Of a DNA stretch of 64,000 nt, positions 24,838 to 37,800 are shown in pieces (position 1 is the first letter of the stretch; each line of letters starts with the position of its first letter). Below the pieces are notes generated by a model. That model was not told the origin of the DNA. It saw only the letters and a list, made by a program, of their open reading frames with translations, and searched no databases. A program made the position numbers and the translations under genes. Source of the stretch: Haliotis rubra (taxonomy: Eukaryota); assembly GCF_003918875.1 (NCBI RefSeq), contig NW_025767457.1:310001-374000 (forward strand), in the 5' to 3' direction.

Positions 24838-24985
24838 ACACTTTCTCTCAGTAAAGTACAGATGCTAGCACTTTTGTAAGCTTGAGTCCCATCCGGGATT
24901 CGAACCCACACTCTCAGAGTCAGGCATCTAATGCCAGCACGCAAAGTCAGCCATCTGAGCCACTCAACTTCCGCGGCTTCCACAA
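24838..24985 (-). mobile_element. tRNA-like interspersed repeat family
   Basis: cagtaaagtacagatgctagcac...gagtcccatccgggattcgaacccacac recurs at about 30455-30580 and 57068-57220; the last copy has inverted ends. Confidence 0.6.
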
Positions 24986-25858
24986 GTTGTGTGTACAGAA
25001 ACTCCGAGCACTCTGCTGAAAAGCAGTTGCTGTGGGGAGCCTTACGAAGAGCTCTGCGCATTGCTTTATGTATCGATACTGGCACAGAAGACGGTTAATA
25101 GGTAGCGCACTTTCCAGAACGGAGCTTACAACAAATTGCAAAATGGCGTCGCCCAGCACATCGTGTTGCTATTTGGCTTTGGAATAGTGTAAGGTTAATT
25201 TTGTGCGAGTATTTAATGACAGTACGTCACTGTTTATGCATCTACTAAACCAGACGGTGGTGACAGACCAGATCTACTGTTCAAGTCTCACAGACAGGTT
25301 TGAGATACGCCACGCCTTACCTGTCGGAATGTGATCAGTTGTGACTGAAATTGAAACTTTCATGAACTAACCTTACAAGTAACATGTACATGATAACCTT
25401 TTGTATTAAATACTGTTAACTGTGAACATTAAAGGAAGCCCACTAATAATACTTTTATAGTCCTTAACTTTTGTAATTCATGCGTTCATAATACATTTGC
25501 CCGTGAAGGTCTGGGTTAGAATTGATCTTCTGCAACCCATGCCTGTCGTGTCGTAATAGGCGACTAACGGGATCGAGTGGTCAGGCTCACTGACTTGGTT
25601 GACACATGTCATCGGTTCCCAATTGCGCAGATCGATGCTTATGCTGTTGATCACTGGATTGTCTGGTCCAGACTCGATTATTTACAGACCGCCACCATAT
25701 AGCTGGAATATTGCCGAGTGCGGCGTGAAACTAAACTCACTCACTCATAATACATTTAGTGTAGACAAGAGTGGTATGAATATTTCAGAGTCCTTTATAA
25801 ATGTTTCATGACAAATATATTTTTTTTCCAGTTCACCAGTTAATAAGAGCTAAACAAA

Positions 25859-28800
25859 ATGGCAGGTATTCATTTGAGATTGCCGAGTTTGTCTCTGAGA
25901 TTGTACACTTTGCTGAGGCAGACTGAAGGGTTGTCGAACAAACTTGGTGTTGGTCAGAATTTGTTGTGCAGAAGGCTGCATGACAGCAGTGAGGAGTTTG
26001 GTCCAGAAGGAGATGCCCCAAGGAGTGGAAACTTTGAGCAGTCATTCAAGTCGAGACGAAGAAGACCAGATAAGGTTTCAAAACTTCATAATAGAGTATT
26101 CACAAACGAAGACAGAGAAAATGACAGGAAATATTTGGAGCTAGAAGTAAGGTCAGATGACTCTGATATGTTTGGTCAGTTAGGAAACACAAGGAGCTTT
26201 GTAAGGTCAAGGAGGCCTGTTCATGACACAGAGCAGGATGTGGGGGCTCGGATGAAGGAACCAACAAACTTTCAGCCTCCAGAAATAAAGACAGTCCAGA
26301 AGACTTGGAATTCTAAAGAAAGTGACACATTTGGTACTCTGGCAGATGAAGAGAGAAGCTTATGGAAAGAGTCCCTCATGTCTGAGGTTGGATCACATAA
26401 TGAACGGTAAGGGAAGGGATGAAAACTCACTATCAACAACAGGTTGTTAGTGTTTTCCTTACCTTAAATGTTTATTATCCTTTCTTGTATAAATGTTTTA
26501 TGGAGGTCATGTTAGAATTGTATGCATAAAATTGCGTTCCACTAATTCCAGTCTTGCATTACATTATGAAGGTTCACATTTCAAGATTACATGTTATGAT
26601 TCAAATATTCAGATCAGAAATAGTGAGGAGTGAATGAGTAGGTTTGACACTTCTTTCACTGTATGCCAGTTGGTGATGAAAATCATTGACGTTTACCACT
26701 TGGGGATTCAAACATATTCAACAGTTAAGGGAGATAACTCTGTAAACCAGTGATTGCACCATTGCCTTGGTTACTGTATTTCTTATTACAAGTAAATAAA
26801 TGGGAACATTTAAAGAAAATAAACCCAATGATATGAATCAGTTTTCAAGATGATCAGGATGAGGAAGGGAGGAGCCACATCCGCTTATCTGCTGGCAACA
26901 GACTCCACAGCCAGGAGTGGTACGGCAGGAAGATTGAGAAGTTTGGCAAGGCAGGACAGGTGAGGTATTTGTCTTGCAGGGTTCACTGGTTTAGAGGGGA
27001 AAGAGGAGTTGAGTAATTTGATCTATTAGCTTAGTCATTCCAAAGGAGGTTAAAAGATGGCCAAACAAAGATATGTCATCTTGGTGTCATTATATTACTT
27101 ATGAGTGGAATATCCATTTAATAACTGTGGCATGGTATCTCAGTTGGTTAGCACTGGTGGTGATTCGATTAATTGAAATGATCGAAGACTGGTCGCAGTG
27201 AGTAGATTACCAAGTAATCGAACATATTTTCTCATAATCGAACACAAACAATTTTGGAATACTTGTATGTATCAACAATATTTTCACAAGGTTGGTTTTG
27301 TCTCTGTCATTAAATTTACATTTCATAAGCACTACATGATGATACCAAATCATAATTGAAGTTTTCTTAAAAGCTCCAGGAAATTTATGTTCCTAACATA
27401 CTTGTCATCCTTTAAATATGTGAAATTTGCAAATGCATTTTGTGCAGTTTACAAAAAACCCCAAAGAACTACATGTTTTTTTCTTTATTGTTGTGTGTGC
27501 ATTTACAAAGATAACCATTCTATTTCCACAGAGGTTACTTGTCATATCTTCCTACGAACCTCTGTTCTAATATGGCCATATTTCCCGGTTCTCGTAAAAT
27601 CCTGGGTTCTTGTAAAAGCGGCAAAAAGTCGCAACACGAATTATCTCCCTTCTTTTTATCCAATCAGAACATGTGTTACGTCGACTTACATCCAGCTTGA
27701 CTAATACAAGCAAATGTGGGGCCACATCAGCAGGGAATTGTGTTGATGTGACACACAAGACATTTGATGGCTAGCATGTCCATTGTCAACAGGGGCGATG
27801 GAAATGCCATTGATCTGCCATTACATGACTGAGTTCTGTCTAGAAGAAACGTTTGCGCATCGCAGGGGAAGAGGTTTTAGTTTTCCCGCAGTATATGGAA
27901 AGTACTGAGGCCTTGCGAATGATCACTTTTGAAACAACGTCGCTGATTGCACAACTAAATCTGATTGCAACCAATCACGAACCCTTAACACTCGCACCAC
28001 GAAAGGGCCGTATTAGAACAGAGGTTCGTAGGAAGATATGACAAGTAACCTCTATGGGAAGAGAATGAAAGATAACAGGAACATTTTGATAAAAGACGCT
28101 AACCAATTATTTTCGATGATTGATTAGTTGTAATGAACCAATCATTAATTATGATATTTTAACCAATACCCAACTCTAGTTAGCACTTTATAACTTGTAC
28201 AAGCAGCCACACAAACATATGACCATATAAGTGGAATAATCTTCAACGTGACCTTTCACCCTGTTTCATCTCACCTCATAAGTTGTTTAGAATTTTTATG
28301 TGAAAAATCTTTTGATGTACATTTATTGATTTTTTAATAATGCAAGAAAAATGTCTTAAGGATTTGGGGAGGTGGGGTAGCCTAGTGGTGAAAGCGTTGG
28401 CTCGTCACGCCGAAGACCCGGGTTCGAATCCCCACATGGGTACAATATGTGAAACCCATTTCTGGTGTCCCCTGCCGTGATGTTGCTGGAATATTGCTAA
28501 AAGCGGTGTAAAACCAAACTCAGTCAGTCAGTCTTAAGGATTTAGTTATGATAAACATATAATGGATAAGGAAACAAATTCTGTATAGATGGTTTGTCTT
28601 GTTTTTGTTCAGATTAAAGAGGCTGTGGCTGTCCTTGAAGAATGGATGCTGAAGAATGACCGAGTAATGCCTACAGCATATACATTCACAGTTCTCATTG
28701 GCTTGCTTGGGAGGGTAGGATATACCAAGAAGGCGTTCCAGCTCTTCAACAAGGTACAGTGGAAATTGTTTAAACTGAACCTGTTTGGGTCTGAAAGTGC

Positions 28801-31800
28801 AGTTTGTGAGTGAGTTTGGTTTTACGCTGCTTTTAGCAATATTCCAGCACCATCACGGCGGGAGACACCAAAATAACCTTCATACAATGTACCCATGTGG
28901 GGAATTGAACCCGGGTCTTCAGCGTGACGAGCAAATGCCTTAACCATTAGGCTACCCCACCGCTCCCTGGTACTGGTTGGGATTTGTGAGATTTTAGATG
29001 GAAGTAAAGAATAGAAATTCAAAATAATGTTGAAAGGAATGAAATAAATTCATGTGGTCAGATATTGACAGATATATAGATTGGTTTCGTGTCTGTTTTG
29101 ACAGGACCGCCTCCGTGGTGTAGTGGTTAGAGCGTCGATCCCTGTATTTCGGAAGATGGATGTGATAACGCATTCGATCCCGAATGCGTCATACCAAAAG
29201 ACGATAAAATATGGTACTTGTTGGTCCCTGCCTGGCGCTCGCCTAATGGGTACAACAAGGACTGGTCGGCTCTCAGTCAGTATACTGTGTCTGAGTGGGT
29301 ATTCATGCTTCACTGCGGCATGGTATCTCAGTGGGCTAGCACTATAAAACCAGCTTAAGTCTGGGCTAGTACAAGCAGGTGCACATACACATACACACGC
29401 ATGCACGTCGTCATATGAGCGAAATATTCTCAAGCACGACGTTAAACCCCATATCACCTCACCTGTTTTGACAGATTCCAATGTAGTATAAATGTAGTAT
29501 GTGACTAATGATGGATAGATCAGGATGAAATGTATTCTGAAACACAATAGTTCTCATATGATAAACTAGGTAAAGAATTTGTGGAAGTCAGGTAATGAAA
29601 TGCAATGCAATAATAGAAAATCCATTTTTCATTCATTTTTTCCCTAGGTTATTTTTAACTGTTCACGTTTAACTGTTACAATTCTTCCATGTTTTGCTGC
29701 TGTTTGACCTGTTTGAGCCTTTAGCTATATTCCAGCACTATCATCCGTGGGCAAAGGGCATAAGAAAAGGGCATCACATATTGACAGAATATTGAATGTA
29801 CTGGTGTTTTCCAGTGTTCCGGGTCCAGTGGCTTGTGTGAACTGCATTGTGCTGTCAGATTTAGTATTATTTTTTCAAAGCGTCATTTAAGGATAGCCTG
29901 ATTAATTATTATGAAAATTCAAAATCTTTATAAATATTATGAAAGCATTATGTGTAATTTCACGATTGATACATCTGTGTGTCTTAACAGACTGATTACA
30001 GAGTGACCCAGTAACTGTTAACTGATGCATGTCTTTCTATATTCACATATATTTCAGATGAAAAAAATGGGCCTACAGCCTGTAGATCTAACATACACAT
30101 CACTTTTCAATGCTTGCGCCAACTCCCCGTGGTCTGAAGATGGTTTGTCAAGGGCAGACAACTTGAGGCAGCTCATGCTCACCAAGGATTATGAACCCAA
30201 CCAGATCACATACCAAGCCATGATCAAGTGTTACGCCCTGCATGGAGACATCCAGACAGCCTTTAGTCTGATGGATGAACTGACCACTAAGATCCGACCC
30301 ACTGCCGAAACTTTCAGCTTCCTGTTGATGGCTTGTATCTCAGACAGGAAGGCGGGATTTAAGTATACCCTGAAGGTGACCTTTTGTATTTTCATTGCTT
30401 ATTACAATTATTCAGAGAAAAACAGTAGTTCAACGTATACTATATTTGGGATTACCCTTTCTCAGTAAAGTATAGATGCTAGTACTTTCATGGGTTGTGT
30501 TCCATCTGAGATTTGAACCTACGCTTTCAGCACACAAAGTCAGCGATCTAACCCACTCAGTCATCGCTTCTTCCACAGAAATTGAAGTCTGACAATAGGT
30601 GTAGATTATTGAAAATTTTAATATAAATTGTATATTTATATACTTATCCTATCTCACGATTTGCACTTCTCTCTCTTGCTTCGACGCTGAGTGGAACGAA
30701 TGAGAACTTTTCCTGTAGGCCTCTCTTGTCCATACGCCCGTGTTCCCCAGGCTGCTCTCCTTATAGGACAGGTCCCTAGTCCCAGGCTAAGCGTGCAGCA
30801 TGTTCCCCTGTCTACCCACGTGACTACCTCAGAGTGATCATTCTCTTCTTGGAGCCAATGACAGTTATACGTAACCATCATAATCTGAGTAGAGGGGAGG
30901 CTGGGTGGGCATCCATCTCGTGAGATAGGATAAGTATATAAATATACAATTTATATTCAAATTTTAAAATTTTAAAACTTATCCTATCTCACGATTTGCA
31001 CTTATCCCACGGTTGGATGGCGGGTCACAGATTACCCTAAGTCAAAAGGCACTGACAGTATATACTGTATAGGCTAATGACAACCGTAGATAGCAATGAA
31101 CAAGGGAGGCCGGATCTGACTAGCATAGTACTTCTACTAGTGATGGGTTCTCCTGAACCCCTTGGCTTACTAGGCATCATCGCTCCCAAGGAGTGGGTGC
31201 TCCTGAGCAATGTGGTGTTCGGCCCCAGGATCCAACTAGCATAGTACCTATACTAGTGATGGGTTCTCCTGAACCCCTTGACTTACTTGGCATCATCGCT
31301 CCCAAGGAGTGGGTGCTCCTGAGCAATGTGGTGTTCGGCCCCAGGATCCAACTAGCATAGTATCTATACTAGTGATGGGTTCTCCTGAACCCCTTGACCT
31401 ACTTGGCATCATCGCTCCCAAGGAGTGGGTGCTCCTGAGCAATGTGGTGTTCGGCCGCAGGATCCGACTAGCATAGTACCTATACTAGTGATGTAGTGAT
31501 GGGTTCTCCTGAACCCCTTGGCTTACTAGGCATCATCGCTCCCAAGGAGTGGGTGCTCCTGAGCAATGTGGTGTTCGGCCCCAGGATCCGACTAGCATAG
31601 TACCTATACTAGTGATGGGTTCTCCTGAACCCCTTGGCATACTAGGCATCATCGCTCCCATGGAGTGGGTGCTCCTGAGCAATGTGGTGTTCAGCAGCAA
31701 CCCTCGCATACGCAAGAAAATGCAACTAGGCAAGTCACCTTGCTTAGCCACGACTTATCAGAGTACCCCCGTAATTACGACTAGTAATCGGGCCTGCACC

Positions 31801-34800
31801 TGCTTCGAGACAGCCCCCCAGACCCCATCACGAAGAGGGGAAAAGGAAACAGAATCGGAAAACTCACAAGTTTAACGTTCAGTACCAAAACAACACCACA
31901 TGACTTCCACTACTTACCACAGTTAGGTCACAACGGTGTGCTAAGGTATTTAGGAGCTTGAACGCTACGAAATCCATAAAGAAATCGGGAAGGACTCACT
32001 ACACTGACGTGATTGCTCCATGGAGTAGAGGTCAGCAGGCTAGATTGTCGAACACTTCTACATCCGACACTTCTACTTCTACGACAAGGTAGGCCCATAA
32101 CTACCAAGGTCACTACGTGCGATGGTTAGTTCGAACCCATTGACTTGCTAAGCACAATTGCTCCCAGGGACCGGGACTCTCGAGCAATGTGGTGTTCAGT
32201 CACTACCTTCACGAAAGTGAAAGGACGCAGCGTAGTGAGTGTAATCAGTCACATTACCATGATTTCCAAGGTACCCCCGTAATAAAAGTCTAATGTCTAG
32301 TATCGGGCCAACCCCTGCTTCGAAACAACCCCCACAGACTACGTACCGAGGAGGGTGTCCCAGAAGAATCGAAGACACAAATCAGAAATAAAATTCAGAA
32401 TTTTATTCAGATTGTACATAAAGCAGTAACGATCGCAACTGGTGATCATCTGCGCTGAAGCTGATGGTTGTCCCAAGTGGCGAACAGGTCTACCTCTGGT
32501 CATGATAACAGGTAGATTTTCGATTGGAATATCAGAGGCAGTTGTTTCCACTCCGTGAGTGACGGGCGTTTGAGACGTGACAGGGCATCGGCAATGACAT
32601 TCCTCATCCTGGGAATGTGTCTGGCTCTGGCCACTGTGTGTGAACCACGTGAACCGATCAGATGATAAATTCGAAACCTCAACTGAAGCAGAGCTGCTGA
32701 TCCTGTCGACCCCTGATGGTTTATGTACAAAATTACCATCAAAATGTCTGGTGAATCGCCCAATTCATGAATAAGCTCAATTGCTGGCAAGGTCCGAGGA
32801 GTGGATTATTGACAAATGCTGACAGTTCAATGAATGCTGACAATTCAGTGATCTTGAACGGCCAGGTGAACTGGTACGACGATAGGAAGCGGTTCGGCCT
32901 GGTGAAACGGTACGAGTCGGGCTGGTAAATCGGTTCAGGGTGGTGAGCCGGAACGTTGATGTGATCTGAATCAGTCCGTGATCTGGATCGGCGTTGTGAG
33001 CTGGATCGTGACTGTGATCTGGATCGGCTCGGTAATCCGAAACATTTAAATGATCTCAGCTGATAGAGAGATCTAGAACGATCAGATGAACCAGTGAGGC
33101 GAGGTGAAATGTTCCGGCCGAGGTGAATTGGTTCAACAGGGGGGAATCGAGCCGTTTCGCTGCTGTGAATCGAATCGATGATGTGAACCGTTTAGACGAT
33201 AAGAAACAGTCTTAATGTTATGGCGAATTGAGTCGATGTCGTAATCCACATACGCCGTGTGAATCCATTCGGTATGGTGAACTGATTCGTGTGGTGGTGA
33301 ATCGATTCGGCGATTTGATGAGGCGGAGATGTAGACATCGGCTGTGTGAGTCAGCTGGCATCACATCGAGCAGTTTGATGTAACGAGCTCTGTCTGCCAG
33401 CCAGCGGGGCAACCATGATAAGGAGCACATTCCGATAATCGAACACAGGTCAATACATCTGATGATCGCCAATAAAATTATCACTGTCCTACTTAGGGTC
33501 GCTACCGGGAATCTCTGGACGGACGACAATACGTCCGCAGTTAATACTGGTTGTTGAAAGCGGGGTTTCCTATAAGGAGAGCAGCCTGGGGAACACGGGC
33601 GTATGGACAAGAGAGGCCTACAGGAAAAGTTCTCATTCCTTCCACTCAGCGTCGAAGCAAGATAGAGAAGTGCAAATCGTGAGATAGGATAAGTTTAAAA
33701 ATTGTACTTTGTATAAACTGTTTAAGGCTTACAGATAGGTCTGAGATGGACCAAGCCCTATCTCTCAAAATGTGTGAATACTTTTTTTTGAATATTATAC
33801 CTTCAATGCGTTTTTTATATAAAGGTTCCAATCACCAAAACCAAGTTAAGCAAATACCACACTGGCTCAAGTGTTAAATGACGGAAAAAATGTGAGCTTT
33901 ATCCTTTAAAACCATTACTGCATCAACATTACCAGATGTTTTTGTTCTTGTTAGATGAAAGAATTAGTCCCATACACAAAAGTATTTTTTTTGTGTTTCA
34001 AGTGGGAGTCAGTTATTGTGAATCACAGCAACCTGACAGTAATGAAGCAGAGAAATTAATGACCGATATCATGAACAATGTCTGCATGACCTGAACTGTG
34101 TTCACACAGATTTAGTTATTATGTTGAATGAATGAATATAAAATGGATGGGTTTGGGTGGACTGACTGACTGAGTTTGGTTTTACGCCGCTTTTAGCAAT
34201 ATTCCAGCAACATCACGGCGGGGGACACCAGAAATGGGCTTCACACATTGTGCCCATGTGGGGTTTCGAACCGGTTCTTCGGAAACTATAGCGGACGAGC
34301 TCCATTACTGGAGTCTATAGCAGGGTCCTGACACGCTATCAATCACACTTCACTTGCAACTTAACCATTATAATTTACCCACTTTGTCATGATCACTAGT
34401 CTCGGGTTGGGTGGATGGATAGATAGATGGATGGATAGATGGAATGAGTAGTTTTTCCAGATCAGTTGGTAAAAGGGTAGTCAGTGTTTTCGGAGTCATT
34501 ATTGTGTTGAACGATGGTACAGATATAATTTTGTTGTGTGCATTTTTGCTTTGTGCTATTGATTCAGTGAGCATAATAACTTTGATATCATGCTGATATC
34601 CACTGTGCAGAGATCAGTTTTCATGTCCATAGACACAAAACCTATACTGAAGTCAGTTACGTTATAAATGTTGTGTCTTGGCATCTGACCAGGTTCTGAT
34701 TACTTGTGATCTCATTGTGTCAGGTGTGGCGCTTTGATGAAGCAGTTCAAAGTGAGCCCTGACCTGCCTCTCTACAACCTGCTGCTGAGAAGCGTCGCGA

Positions 34801-37800
34801 GACTGTGGTGCAGGAGACAATGACTTCTCTGATCTGCTTCTCCTGGTCACCAGGAAGTTGACACGCATAGCCAAACTCACCCTAAGATGTTGAGGCAGAA
34901 CAATACGAGGTTTCGTAAATCTGGTGAACATGAAGTTCTTGGTCAGATCAGTGATGGGGCCAGCAAATCAGGTCAAGGACCTTAGAGGGAAATCGAGAAT
35001 GTTTCTAACCTGAAACAAAACACCCAAGACTCTGAAGATTGTGACCCTAAAATCCAACTATTTGAGAGAGATTCTCTTGTTCCAGCTAATCGACAGTGGT
35101 GGGAGTGTATGGAGCAGATTATTCCAGTACTGCCAACTTGGCCGAGGTACCAAATCTGTTAAGAACTGACTGTAAACTGGACAATGTAATCTCTATTAAA
35201 CAGTTAAAGTATCCAGATGAGAGATTGGCTGTGATTGGTGGAATGCATGGCATCCTGGATGCCATGGCAACGATGGTGTCCAACCAGATGTTCGGCCATT
35301 CAGCCAGCTGATAGAAGTGGCCCCTCCCACAGCCTTGGCAGAGATGGCGCTTCTGCACGCATGGAAGACCTTGGTGTGAAGCCAGACATCGCCATGGTAC
35401 AACTCACTCATCCATGAAGAGGTGTTTCAGGAGAGCAGAAGCCAGGGTGAGTTGTTCATCATATTGTTCATCTGGAATTCATCATCATTGCCTATTCTTG
35501 AATGGTTCTGTTCACCCAGCAGAAAATGCTAACTCGGTGGTGTAAGTCATATGACTATTAACATTCGCCTCACAGGCAGCTGGTTTATCTGGGGTAATAA
35601 TGTCCATCATGTTGTCTGCGCTTGGAGCATGTCCCTGCGGCGTGGAGTTCAGCACAATATAAGTGGCCAGTTATTATTATTATTGCAATACATATAGAAT
35701 CTCACCCAAGTGTCTTCTGATTTCAATTATATCTACACGAGTTGATAAAGTTACAAATATCCGAGGTTTGATATATTTGATATCAGAAGACACGAGGGTG
35801 AGATTCTATTTATCATCCAAAATCACTCTTCATTAATTTTCAATGAAAAATGTACATCTCTGAACATGGTACTGCCATTAGACTTGCAATGCAGCGATGT
35901 CATAGCATTGTGACGTCATCAAGTACATGATGTCATAGCATTGTCAGGGCATTGTACAAAATCTACTGTCAAAACGATATCTCCTAGGAGATATCGTTTG
36001 ATCTCACACAAGCGATATCTCCTGTGGAACACAGTTTTGGATGATAAATTCCTTTGACAATCAACACATGAGTGCTTTTGCACTATAATCACTATCTTTA
36101 ATCGATGCATCCATGATGGTGTGAGAGGGGAAACAGTGAGTGTTCACATTGGCCAAAATATCTTCTCTATGCAGGCTTTGCACAAATTTCATCCATGTAG
36201 AAAGGTTCATGACCATCTGTGAGTAATTTCCAGCCTCTTTTCATTTGTCTACTTAAAGTAGATGGCATCACCATGCATCGTATAGCAGCTGTTTCTAATC
36301 ATGGCTGATGGAGAAATGTACTGAATAGACCCATAGCCATTTGATCTATAGAAAGTTTTTATTTGGTAATGAACTGGTTACATCAATCTGGGGTTTCATG
36401 AGACACAAAATTTTGAACCCTTTGTTTGGTTAATCATTGCCTTTTGTGTCACACTTTTACCCATTTTTTATCAAATATTCAGACTATTATGATTCATACT
36501 GATAACGAATACTTCTACTCATGCACACTTATTTTGATATTTATTGTTAACATGGAGTTAAATAGATTTAATGACTTTTACAACTAAAGTTTAAGAATAG
36601 TGATCTCATTTTCAAACTAGCAGCAGTATTGTAAACATATTTGTGGTCAGTTGTGTAATAATTTATATATACTAGCCACATAAAGAAACTGTGCATTGTC
36701 AAAATATTATCCCAGTTGATAAGTACGATAACAATGTCAAAGGTACATATAAACTTTAATGGAGGGATCATGAGACCATAACAAGTCGGGAGAATTTCAA
36801 TTGGAAAGTCAATCACAATGACGTCACAAGTCCACAAGCGGGACAGGGGTCAAACGACCCTGTCACAAGCTTAATAACGGTATGTCCACCATCGGCATTG
36901 AGAACAGCAGTGCATCGACGACGATAGAGCCTATCAAGCGTGCAAGGAAGGCTTGTGGGATGTCACGCCAGATTCTCTCAAGTTCTGTAGCAAGGTCAAG
37001 GATGTTATCTGGCGGATGAGGAAGGCGGCGTGAGACGGCGATCCATCTCGATCCCAAACATGCCTATCGAGGGGACAGATCCGGTGAATTGCAGGCCAAG
37101 GCAGTAAGTCAGCGCTTGTGGTGTTGCAAGAAATCCATAGCAACCCTTGCCGTTATGAGGGAGGGCATTGTCCTGTTGGAATGTTTACCCAGGGTCATGG
37201 CGTCAAGAAAAAGTAATTGCCACAGGTCGAAGAATCTGATCCCTGTAGCCCACACCAGTTAAGTTGCCCTGAACAATCGCCAAAAGGAGTTCTTTGGCGT
37301 GCTGTTATTCCACCTCAAATCATCACGAACCACCACCAAAGCGCATCCTCTCCAAGACACAGGCCTGTGCATAACGTTCTCCGACGTGTCTATAGGCACG
37401 TTGACGTCCATCACTATGGGAAAAGTTAAATCTGGACTCATCTGTGAAAACAACATTTCTTCACCAAAACAAGGGTCTGCGGACATGATTTCGGCACCAC
37501 ATTCGGCGAGCTTGTCAATGACGTTGTGTCAGGATAGGCCGTATGGCGGGACATCGTGGTCTGATCCCGTGATGACGTAAACGTTGTCGAACTGTGTTGG
37601 GGTGGATACAGCGAAGTCCTGGGATGGTTCGGGCGAAGATGGGTCACCCTTATCCATCTGTCCTGTCTTGGTGTTGTTACCCGTGGACTTCCAGAACGTG
37701 GCCGATCGATGACGTCATTTGTGTTCTGGTAGCGTCTCACCAGTGCAGAAATGGTGTTCCGGTGGCAGTGGAAATGTGCAGCCACTTGTCGTTGACACAT

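Noticed and set aside
25599-25811. Recurrent ORFs with [27 protein letters not shown]
   Set aside because: Translations of SINE family B copies, not a gene family.
31111-31693. CRISPR-like array
   Set aside because: Units repeat in full with no unique spacers, there are no cas genes, and the context is eukaryotic.
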